Below the pieces are notes generated by a model. It did not search any database and was not told the origin of the DNA. It worked only from the letters and a program-made list of their open reading frames with translations. A program made the position numbers and the translations under genes. A stretch of 64,000 bases of DNA from an uncultured Gemmatimonadales bacterium (lineage in GTDB: Bacteria > Gemmatimonadota > Gemmatimonadetes > Gemmatimonadales > GWC2-71-9), in assembly GCA_963695185.1 (NCBI GenBank), contig CAVOGH010000005.1:1621504-1685503 (forward strand), written 5' to 3'. Below, one piece after another: positions 54,238-64,000 of this stretch; the first letter of the stretch is position 1, and each line of letters begins with the position of its first letter.

Positions 54238-56179
54238 TCAGGCATAGGGGTCGCCGCCGCTGCGCTTGAGCGGTGCGACGCCCCGCCGGGCGGTCACCTC
54301 CCGCTCCACCCGCTTGCCCAGCTGGGCGGTGAAGAACGCCAGCGGATGGTCCGGCCGGACCCGGCGGGTGGCGTGGAGCGCCCGCCGCACATCCTCCTCA
54401 CGCCGGCCCTCGATGAGCGGCTCCAGCCGCGCCAGCGTGATCGCCGGATCCAGCGCCCGGAGCTGCCGCGCCACCGCCGGCGCGAAGGCCACGTCCACGG
54501 CCGGCGGGAACCGCTCGACCCCGAGCCGACCGGTGAGCACCGGTGGCCGGGGGAACTTGACGAACAACGGCTGGGTGAAGTGCGGGTGCCGTACCATCAG
54601 CTCGCCCTTGGGCAGCGCCGCCAGCTTGGCCCGGGTGGCGGGCGAGAGAATGCCGTACCCCGGCGTGGCCAGCTCGTCCATGTCCATCCGGCCGAAGAAC
54701 GCCGTGCCGGCGTTCCCGACGATCCGCCGCGGAGCACCTGGCTGCGGAACTGCTGGGCGCTGAAGAGCACCAGCCCGAGATAGCGGCCCCGCTCGGACAG
54801 GTCGAGCAGCATCCGCCTGACGTAGGTGTCGGCACCGTCGGCGGGAGCGTACTTGTTCAGCTCATCCACGAAGACCACCACGTGGTCCACGCCCAGGTCG
54901 CGCCGCTCCAGGTGTTCCCGCAGCTGGGAGACCAGCCGGGCAAAGACCAGGTCCTGCACCAGCGGGTCGAGGCCGGCCACGTCCACGACGTGGAGGCTGC
55001 GATCCTCGAACTTCCCCCACGGCAGGTCGCTGGCGTGGCCATCGTCGGTGACCAGCCCCTTGGCGCGGACGCTGATGTTGCCCAGCCGGTTGCGCACCTT
55101 GCGGATGGTGGCCACGTGGTGGGTGCGCCAGACCTCCGCCCCGCGCGCCTGCGACCTCCAGGAACTCGAAGATCCGGCGGAAGAAATCTTCCAGGTCGGC
55201 GAAGCTCCGCACTTCGAGCGGGCGCTCGGAGAGGGTGATGTCGTGGAACTCGCGCCCCACCACGCGCTCCTTGAGGAAATCGATCAGCGCGCCCGGCCTT
55301 GGCATCCACGTCATCCCGGTTGAGCAGTACCTCGGCGTAGTCGAGCACCTCGCGGAGGCCCCAGATGAGCGGCACCGTGTTGCCCGCCAGCGACTCGTTG
55401 GTCCTGAGGGTGTTCAGGTTGACCCCGTCCGCCTTGTACGGGGCGTAGTAGCGCACGTTGGCGAACGGCTCCGGGGCCACGCCGAGACGGGCGTACAGCC
55501 GCCGGTCCTCCTCGGACAGCTCCGCGGGCTGGTCCAGGAAGCAGAGGTCGGGGCCCTTCACGTTGAAGCAGACCGCCGCCACGCTGCCCCGGTGCGCCGG
55601 GAAGGTCTGGAAGATGCTGGAAAGGAGGAACTGCGCGGCGCTGGTCTTGGTGGCCAGGCCGGAGACCCCGGTGATGTTGAGGTGGGCCGCCTCGGGACCC
55701 AGCAGGAAGTCGGCGTCGAGATAGATCGGCGCCTCCAGCCCGCCGGCCGCATACACCCCGATGGGAATGCCGGTCGGCGCCTCGCCGTCCAGGAAGGCGT
55801 CCATCCGGAGCGCGGTGCTCACGTCGGCATCCGCCGCCAGGAAGACCGTGCCGAGCGGTACGGGCTGCAGCGGCTGTTCGGGGATCTGCCGCAGCACGGC
55901 GGCGGTGTACAGCCGGATCTCGGCGCGCTCGGTCGGGGCTGCTCCGGCCAGCGCCGGGTCGCCGTCGGCGCCGATCACGTCATGGATCGGCCGGTCCAGG
56001 TCGGAATAGGCGAACCCGTCGGTGACGATCCCCAGCACGCTCCGCCCTGGGGCATCCACCCGCACGATGGCGCCGATACCCACCGGCGATTCCCGGGCGG
56101 TCCAGAAGTGGAACTGATGCGGCGTGGCAGGCTTGAGTTCGGTGGCGACGACGCGGCCGACGGGGGGGAGAGCGGACAT
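54238..56179 (-). CDS. herA: HerA-like (DUF87) ATPase/helicase; about 3 frameshifts
   Basis: N-terminal barrel-like domain, P-loop-like NITGVSGLATKTSA and Walker B HVVVFVDELNKYAP. It is adjacent to a NurA-like gene. Confidence 0.7.
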
Positions 56180-56266
56180 GCGGGGAAGATAAGCGGCAGG
56201 CGAACGGCGCGGACCGGAGGGCATCACGCCCCGTTCGGCGCGCTCCGGGCGTGTCGGGCAGGCGGG

Positions 56267-57200
56267 CTACCGCGCGCCCGAGGCCCGCAGATACTCCTCC
56301 ACCGCCCGAATGCCGTAGAGCAGGCGGTCCCACCGGGCGTCGGGGGTGCTGACCGGGGCCCGTTCGGCCAGCAGCCAGCGGGAGAGTTGATCGGCCTGGG
56401 CCAGCGAATCCAGCGTCGGGGCCACCTCCACCCGGATGAGCCCGTGCAGCAGGTCTTTCCCCTCCCAGGGCCACAGCCTCAGGGCCCACGAGTAGACCGG
56501 GGCCACTTCGTGGCCCGCTGGCAGGAACACCGGCGAGCGTGCTCCGGCCGGGAGCCTGAGATAGGCCTCCAGGTCGGCATCGGCGAACGGTAGCGTCGAG
56601 TGGCTCTTGCAAACACCAATCATGTGCGGGTCCAACGCCCACTGGGGGCTCTCGGCGAGCGAGCCATCGATGATCAGCCACGCCGCGGAGATCTCACGGT
56701 AGCGGTGCCCGATCTCCACCTCCAGCCGGCCCCGCGCACCGGTCCACTTCCCGCCGGGCCAGCATGAAATCGTGCACCGGATGCGGCGGGCCATCCTCGG
56801 GCAGGGCCACCGCCTGGTGGCCCGCGGCGGTGTCCCCCAGTTCCAGCAGCACCTCCGGGCGGGCGATCAGGAGCCGGCGTCGGGCCACCACCGCCACGTG
56901 CAGCTGGCGATCTCGCCGTTCCAGCACCGCCGCGCCGATCTCGGCCACCACCACGGGGCTCGAGCCGGCGTAGGCCATCACTTCATAACGCTGGGTGCCG
57001 TCGAGGAAGGCCACAACGCCGGGCCACGGCTCGGGCACGCCCACCGGGGTACCGCCCACCGGCCGGTCCTCCAGCAGCCGGGCCGGCCGAATGGTCGCCT
57101 CCTCGGCGCGACCCTCGCTCGCGGCGGGAATCCAGGTCGCGGGGGTGAACCCACGTGCCGCCACCGCGCGGCGCAGGCGGGTCCAGGACGGCGAGGTCAT
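56267..57200 (-). CDS. nurA: NurA-domain nuclease; one frameshift near 56750
   Basis: VAFLDGTQ and WLIIDGSL (NurA D..DGS-type motifs) across ORFs 56694..57200 and 56267..56794. Confidence 0.65.
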
Positions 57201-57258
57201 GCCCGGCGACCCGGCCAGCCGGCGACTGGGCGGCGTGCTGGCCGGGTGAGTCCTTGCC

Positions 57259-58488
57259 TCACGCGCGGGCTCCGCTGCCCGTCGAGGCCGGCGCCGCGCC
57301 GAGGCGGGTGATCAGGGCCAGGATCCGGTCCAATGCCATCTCCAGGTCCTTGTCACTGGCAGCATAGCTCATGCGCACCCAACGATCGTCCCCGAACGCG
57401 GCGCCCGGAACCATGGCAACGCCGGCGCTCATGGCCTGCTCGCAGAAGGCGCTCCCGGTGTGGGCCAGCCCCGGGGTGACCCCATCCACCCGAAAGAAGA
57501 AGTAGAACGCGCCGGTCGGCTCCACAAACTCGACCCCGGGGGCCTCGGCCCGAAACCGCTCGACCACCCGGTCGCGGCGACGACGGAACGCGGCCACCAT
57601 CTTCTGGACGTCCTGTTCCACCCGCTCGTCCATGAAAGCCGCCGCCGCGGCCCACTGGGCCGGGTGGTTGGCGCCGGTGGTGGTGTGCGACTGCAGCGCG
57701 GCCATCGCCTTGGCCACCGGCATGGGCGCATAGGCAGAACCGATCCGCCAGCCGGTCATGGCATAGGCCTTCGAGGCCCCGTAAATGAGCACCACGCGCT
57801 CGCACAGCTCTTCCGGCAGATCCAGGAACGACGGCGCCGGGCCGTTGCCGTAGTAGATCCGGCGGTAGATCTCGTCGGCGATGATCCAGACCTTGTTCCG
57901 AGCCGCCCACTCGGCGATGGCCCGGATTTCGGTGGCGGAGTAGGTCGCGCCCGTCGGATTGCAGGGGGAGCAGAGAATCAGGCCCTTCACCAGCTTGTCG
58001 GTGCGCTGCTCCAGGTCCTTCACGCTCACCTTGAGGCCCCATTCGGGATCTCCCGGGACGGCCACCGGTTCGGCGCGGCAGAGCGAGACGATCTGGGGAT
58101 AGGAAACCCAGGCCGGGGAGGGGATCAGCACCTTGTCCTTCGGTCCGAACAGCGAGAAGCAGGCGTTGAAGATGGACTGCTTGGACCCGCTGCTGACCAC
58201 GATCTGGTCGGGGTTGATGGCCCGACCGCCCGACATGAGCGAGAGGCTCCGGCCGATGGCGGTGCGCAGCTCGGGAATGCCGATGTTGGCGGGGTAGCGG
58301 GTCATGCCGCGCTCGATGGCCTGGATCCCCGCATCCGCGATGGGCCTGGGCGTATCGAAGTCGGGTTCACCCACGCTGAGGTCCACCACGTCCTCGCCCG
58401 CCGCGCGGCGGCGCTTGGTTTCGGCGCCGATGGCGACTGTCTCGGAGGGCTTGAGGTACGCCAGGTTGGGGGAGAGGCTGTCCGGCAT
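57259..58488 (-). CDS. class I/II pyridoxal-phosphate aminotransferase (aspartate aminotransferase-like)
   Basis: Intact ORF with GEPDFDTP, NPTG and the PLP lysine context YGASKAYAMTGWRIG. Confidence 0.85.
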   Translation of the reverse strand: MPDSLSPNLAYLKPSETVAIGAETKRRRAAGEDVVDLSVGEPDFDTPRPIADAGIQAIERGMTRYPANIGIPELRTAIGRSLSLMSGGRAINPDQIVVSSGSKQSIFNACFSLFGPKDKVLIPSPAWVSYPQIVSLCRAEPVAVPGDPEWGLKVSVKDLEQRTDKLVKGLILCSPCNPTGATYSATEIRAIAEWAARNKVWIIADEIYRRIYYGNGPAPSFLDLPEELCERVVLIYGASKAYAMTGWRIGSAYAPMPVAKAMAALQSHTTTGANHPAQWAAAAAFMDERVEQDVQKMVAAFRRRRDRVVERFRAEAPGVEFVEPTGAFYFFFRVDGVTPGLAHTGSAFCEQAMSAGVAMVPGAAFGDDRWVRMSYAASDKDLEMALDRILALITRLGAAPASTGSGARA

Positions 58489-58698
58489 GCACGGATCCAG
58501 GGCAAAGGAGGGTCTCAGGGCAATAACCAGCGCGGCCGGCACAACCGATTGCCGACCTCCGGTGCGGCGGGTGCAGCACTGCGCGGGAGGGTAAAGTCCT
58601 CCCTCCTGCAGGCGATGTCAACTGGTCCGGAGCCAGCCGCCCGGTTAGCTTCCCGCCTCGTGCTGGATCGTTTCGCTGTTTGACAACCGAGGTTGGCG

Positions 58699-60196
58699 AT
58701 GTCGGGACTTGTGGAGCTGCATCTCTCGCCGGCGGTGGCCGGCGCACTGGAGTCTTTCGGCCATGCCGCCGAAGACGCCCTGGTCCGTGACCAGGTGCCG
58801 ACCGCGGCCCGGGGTCACAACCTGGTCCTGGCTGCGCCACCCTCTGCCCGCTACGCCGCACCGGTCCTGGCCGGGATGGTCAGCGCGCTGGCCGCCACCG
58901 AGGCCCGGGGGCTGGTGCTGGTGCCGGCCCAGGCGCTGGCCGAGTGGGCGGCCGTCCTCCTCCCCCTGGCCGACGCCGCCGGGCTGCCGGCCCTGGCCGC
59001 GCTGGCGCCCGGCCGCGCCACCCGGGCGCTCCGGGAGGGCCGCCTCCGCCTCCTCCTCACCACCCCGGACACCGCCCTCACCCTGCTCGAGCGCAGCGCC
59101 CTGAAGACCGATCAGGTCGGTCATCTGGTGCTGGGCTGGCCCGAGCACTTCGAATCCGACGAGCCGCTCAGCGCCCTGATGCAGGACGTCCCGGCCGAGG
59201 CCCAGCGGATCATCGTCCCCGCTCAGCCTCGGGTGGGGCACCCACTGGTCGAGCGCTACGCCCGCCGCGCCCACGCCTGCGGTCCGTTGGCACAGCCACC
59301 TGGGGCGGCGCTGCCGGAGGCCAAGCCCGCGCGGGTGGCCACGGTCAGCTGGAGCCAGCGGGGCCAGGCGCTGGCATCGCTCCTGGAGATGCTGGACCCC
59401 GGAAGCCTCGGCGTCTGGTGCGCCGACCGGCGCAGTGCCGCTCAGGCCCGGGGAGCGCTCCCGGTCGCCGACGGCACCGTGGCGGTGACCACCGGCGACG
59501 TCCACCCCGCCGACCTGATCGTTGCGTGGGACCTGCCCACTCCCGAGCGCCTGAGTCAGCTGCAGGCCGCGGGAGAGGTGATTCTGCTGGCCCCGGTCGC
59601 ACGCGGCCGCCTATTTGGCCACCCTGGTTCCCCGCCAGCACCCGCTGCGCCCGACCGGCGCCCTGGAGGAAGTCCGGCGCGAAAGCGCCCGCCGGCGGCA
59701 GCAGGTGCAGGGAGACCTCGATCGGGGCGAGCTCGACGGTGAGCTGCTGGCGCTGGCCCCGCTGTTCGAACGGGAGGACCCCAGCCGGGTGGCGGCGGCG
59801 CTGTACCGGCTGTGGCGAGCCGCCGGGGCGCTGGCGCCCGCCGCCGGATCCACGGCGCAACGGCCGGCGGTGGGCTCCACGCCGGCGGTGAGCCGGATCT
59901 GGATCGGTGCCGGCAAGAAGGACGGAGTCACCCCGGCAGACCTGGTCGCCGCGCTCAGCCGGGACGTGGGCATGGACGCCTCGCGCATCGGCAAGATCGA
60001 GGTCCGGGAGATGTTCTCGCTGGTGGAGGTGCCGGCCGCCGAGGCCGAAGAGATTGCCCGCCGGCTGACCGGCAAGACGGTCCGGCGCCGCGAAGTGACC
60101 GCGCGGCTGGACCGGGGTGGGGCGGCGGGCCGGCCGGAGGGTCGCAGCGGCGGGAAGCCGGTGCGCCGCAGCGGCGGACCCAGCGGTCGGCGCTGA
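58699..60196 (+). CDS. DEAD-box-helicase-like protein with degenerate ATPase motifs and DbpA-type RNA-binding C-terminal domain; one frameshift near 59610
   Basis: The fold-level pattern is retained (LSPAV..AL...G; LVLVPAQALAEW; LLLTTPDT) but there is no GKT or DEAD motif. C-terminal RIWIGAGKKDGVTPADLVAAL...IGKIEVRE.FSLVEVP matches the DbpA domain. Confidence 0.6.
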
Positions 60197-60212
60197 GCCC
60201 GGGGAGCAGCGC

Positions 60213-60515
60213 CTACTTCCGGTTGACCGCCTGCTTGAGGCCGCTCCCCGCCCGGAACACCGGGGCGATGGCGGCCTTGATGGTCATGGCCCGGCCGGTC
60301 CGTGGGTTCCGCCCGGTACGGGCCTTGCGCTTGCGGGCCTCGAAGCTGCCGAATCCGCTGATCTGGACCTTGCGGCCGCGCCTGAGCTCGCCACCGATCA
60401 GCCCCTCCGTGCCAAAGAGGGCCTCAACGACCCGGGTCATTTCGGCCTTGGGCTTGCCCAGCCGGGCGGCCAGGGCGACTACCAGCTGCTGCCTGTTCAC
60501 GTGAGACTCCGACAC
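60213..60515 (-). CDS. hup: HU-family DNA-binding protein
   Basis: Intact 100 codons with GFGSFEARKRKARTGRNPRTG. Confidence 0.9.
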   Translation of the reverse strand: MSESHVNRQQLVVALAARLGKPKAEMTRVVEALFGTEGLIGGELRRGRKVQISGFGSFEARKRKARTGRNPRTGRAMTIKAAIAPVFRAGSGLKQAVNRK

Positions 60516-60653
60516 TCAGGGGGCGGGACGGGGCGCTCAATATGGCCCGGCGTTCCGAGCCACCGCAAGTTCTTGCGGCACGCTTGACCGTCCCTCTCCG
60601 GCACCGTATCGTCACCGCCCTGCCCCTTTTCATTCCAACCGAGGCCCACCGGC

Positions 60654-61259
60654 ATGTACCATGGCACGCGCCCAGGCTGGATCGAGGTCATCACCGGCGT
60701 GATGTTCAGCGGCAAGAGCGAGGAGCTCATCCGCCGGGTGCGTCGGGGGATCATCGGCCGGCGCCGGGTGCAGGTCTTCAAGTCCCACCTCGACTCGCGC
60801 TACACCGGTGTGCTCAGCGTCTCTACCCACGACGGCCGGGAGATCGAAGCCACACCGGTGGACGCCGCCAGCGAGATATTCCGGCAAGTGCGCCCCGACA
60901 CCGAATTGGTGGCGATTGACGAGGCCCAGTTCCTCGACCCCGAGATCGTCACGGTGGCCAGCGCGCTGGCCGCCCGTGGGGTGCGGGTGATCCTGGCCGG
61001 CACCGACACCGATTTCCGGGGAGAGCCCTTCGGGGCCATGGGAGACCTGCTGGCCATCGCGGAGTCGGTGGACAAGCTGCAGGCGATCTGTGTCATTTGT
61101 GGCGACCTGGCCACTCGCAACCAGCGGCTGGTCAACGGCAAGCCGGCGCGCTACGACTCGCCCACCATCCTCGTCGGCGGGCAGGAGGCCTACGAGGCCC
61201 GCTGCCGACACTGTCACCGGGTGCCGCGCCGGGACGAGGACCAGACGGCGCTGCTGTAG
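60654..61259 (+). CDS. tdk: thymidine kinase
   Basis: Intact ORF with P-loop [17 protein letters not shown] and Zn sites CVICG...CRHCH. Confidence 0.9.
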   Translation: MYHGTRPGWIEVITGVMFSGKSEELIRRVRRGIIGRRRVQVFKSHLDSRYTGVLSVSTHDGREIEATPVDAASEIFRQVRPDTELVAIDEAQFLDPEIVTVASALAARGVRVILAGTDTDFRGEPFGAMGDLLAIAESVDKLQAICVICGDLATRNQRLVNGKPARYDSPTILVGGQEAYEARCRHCHRVPRRDEDQTALL

Positions 61260-61331
61260 CGGAGGGGCGGAGGAATGCTCCACCTGCCTGCAGCGCAGCG
61301 CCGCCAACCCTGACGCCTCGACACCGCCTCC

Positions 61332-61946
61332 ATGATCCGCATCGCCCTCACCGGCAACGCCGCCGCGGGAAAGTCCACCGTGGCCCGCCTGCTCGAGTCC
61401 TGGGGCGTCACAGTGGTCGACGCCGACCGCATCGTGCATGAACTCCAGGCCCCCGGCACGCCGCTCCTGGCCCGAATCGTCCAGCGCTTCGGGCCATCGG
61501 TGCTCTCCCCTTCCGGGGCGCTGGACCGGGCCCGGCTCCGGGCGCTGGTGCTGGCAGATGCCGGCGCTCGCGGCGATCTCGAGGCGCTGGTGCATCCGGC
61601 CGTGGAGCGGCAGAGTCTGGGGCTGGAAGCGGAGGCCCGCCAGCGCGGCGCCGAGGTCATCGTCCACGACATCCCGTTGCTCTTTGAAGCGATGGATCCC
61701 GGGGCGTTCGACGCGGTCATTCTGGTAGACGCCCCGGAACCGGTCCGCCTGGCACGGTTGCGGGAACGGGGCCTGGGCCGGGAGGAAGCCCAGGCCCTGC
61801 TCGCCACCCAGCGCCCGTCGTCGTTCAAACGGGCCTGGCGGGGGGGGCCGCGCGATCGACCGGCGTACCTGATCGAGAACGCTGGCAGCATGGCGGCGCT
61901 CGAGGAACGGCTGCGGGAGGTCTGGCGGGAGATCGCCAACGGGTGA
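61332..61946 (+). CDS. coaE: dephospho-CoA kinase
   Basis: IALTGNAAAGKST, VVDADRI and HP.V. A local frame disturbance is possible around the G8 run near 61840. Confidence 0.8.
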   Translation: MIRIALTGNAAAGKSTVARLLESWGVTVVDADRIVHELQAPGTPLLARIVQRFGPSVLSPSGALDRARLRALVLADAGARGDLEALVHPAVERQSLGLEAEARQRGAEVIVHDIPLLFEAMDPGAFDAVILVDAPEPVRLARLRERGLGREEAQALLATQRPSSFKRAWRGGPRDRPAYLIENAGSMAALEERLREVWREIANG

Positions 61947-62030
61947 GGCGGCCTTCATAATAATTCAGCACTTGCCCCCATACCGCTCGCTGTCTATCCT
62001 CCCCCGCGCACCGACTTTCCGGAGCTCCCT

Positions 62031-62420
62031 GTGGCCAACATCCCCGCCGACCTGCTCTACACCCCCGAACACGAGTACGTCCGGCGGACCGCCGATCCGG
62101 CGGTCGTGGAGATCGGTATCACCGACTACGCCCAGGGCGAACTGGGAGACATCGTCTTCGTGGAGCTCCCCAAGGCCGGCGCCCGCTTCGACCGGATGGG
62201 CGTCTTCGGCACCGTGGAAGCGGTGAAGGCGGTGTCGGAGCTCTTCTGCCCGGTGGCCGGTGAGGTGGTCGAGTCCAACGCCGCGCTGGACGGCGATCCC
62301 GGACTGATCAATCGTGATCCGTACGGCGCGGGCTGGATGGTGCGCCTCAAACTGGCTGCGCCGGCAGAACTGGACACCCTGCTGAAGGCCGCGGCCTACC
62401 AGGCCAAGCTGGACGGATGA
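62031..62420 (+). CDS. gcvH: glycine cleavage system H protein
   Basis: Intact 129 codons with the lipoyl-lysine context VEAVKAVSEL. Confidence 0.9.
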   Translation: MANIPADLLYTPEHEYVRRTADPAVVEIGITDYAQGELGDIVFVELPKAGARFDRMGVFGTVEAVKAVSELFCPVAGEVVESNAALDGDPGLINRDPYGAGWMVRLKLAAPAELDTLLKAAAYQAKLDG

Positions 62421-62475
62421 CCGGTCGCGCGGTCTCCGTCGCCCGTGGTCCGTCGCCCGCCTCCCAACTCTCCCG

Positions 62476-64000
<1,525 letters not shown>

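Noticed and set aside
50384-57200. nurA-herA-sbcDC as an anti-phage defence island.
   Set aside because: There is no Sir2, TIR or extra nuclease effector, no integrase or transposase, and no compositional anomaly. The flanking genes are housekeeping. A DSB-repair role is the simpler reading.
61947-62030. Glycine riboswitch upstream of gcvH/gcvP.
   Set aside because: The spacer is only 84 nt, too short for the tandem or even a single glycine aptamer plus expression platform. I could not see the conserved aptamer core.

Overview
This is a 64-kb chromosomal segment from a bacterium with roughly 70% G+C. The gene content looks Gemmatimonadota-like, but I cannot verify that. All homology calls were made by eye or from memory, with no searches.

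Housekeeping genes dominate: recF, a DUF721/DciA-like gene, gyrB, ligA, glpK, mtnA, deoA, folE, tdk, coaE, gcvH/gcvP, HU, a TldD/PmbA pair and an acyl-CoA ligase.

Two respiratory islands stand out:
- Positions 2-8259 hold a multihaem-cytochrome cluster. It contains a partial cytochrome, a CxxxY-type CcmE, a membrane-anchored FeS-flavoprotein, a His-bearing membrane protein, a ~23-haem and a 16-haem cytochrome, and an outer-membrane beta-barrel. Together these resemble a porin-cytochrome electron conduit.
- Positions 15927-26475 form a nine-gene, same-strand array whose first five genes are linked by start/stop overlaps or an 8-nt gap. It has a NapA-like molybdoenzyme whose Mo-ligand Cys aligns with Tyr, a tandem-NapB-like pentahaem, a tetrahaem lipoprotein, and a 3.42-kb tandem duplication of an NrfC-NrfD-SPFH module. 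The duplication contains a ~395-bp near-identical core.

Other notable items:
- an archaeal-style nurA-herA / sbcD-sbcC block
- a DEAD-box/DbpA-like protein with all ATPase motifs degenerate
- a PTPS-FolE-SDR pterin operon
- a heptad-based palindromic intergenic repeat (two copies)
- a ~110-bp AT-rich island

Many conserved genes, including essential gyrB and ligA, are broken by single-base frameshifts. Those I resolved are extra G/C bases in G/C runs, so I treat them as sequence errors rather than pseudogenes. Their density is very uneven across the window.

I saw no rRNA, tRNA, CRISPR array, transposase or integrase.
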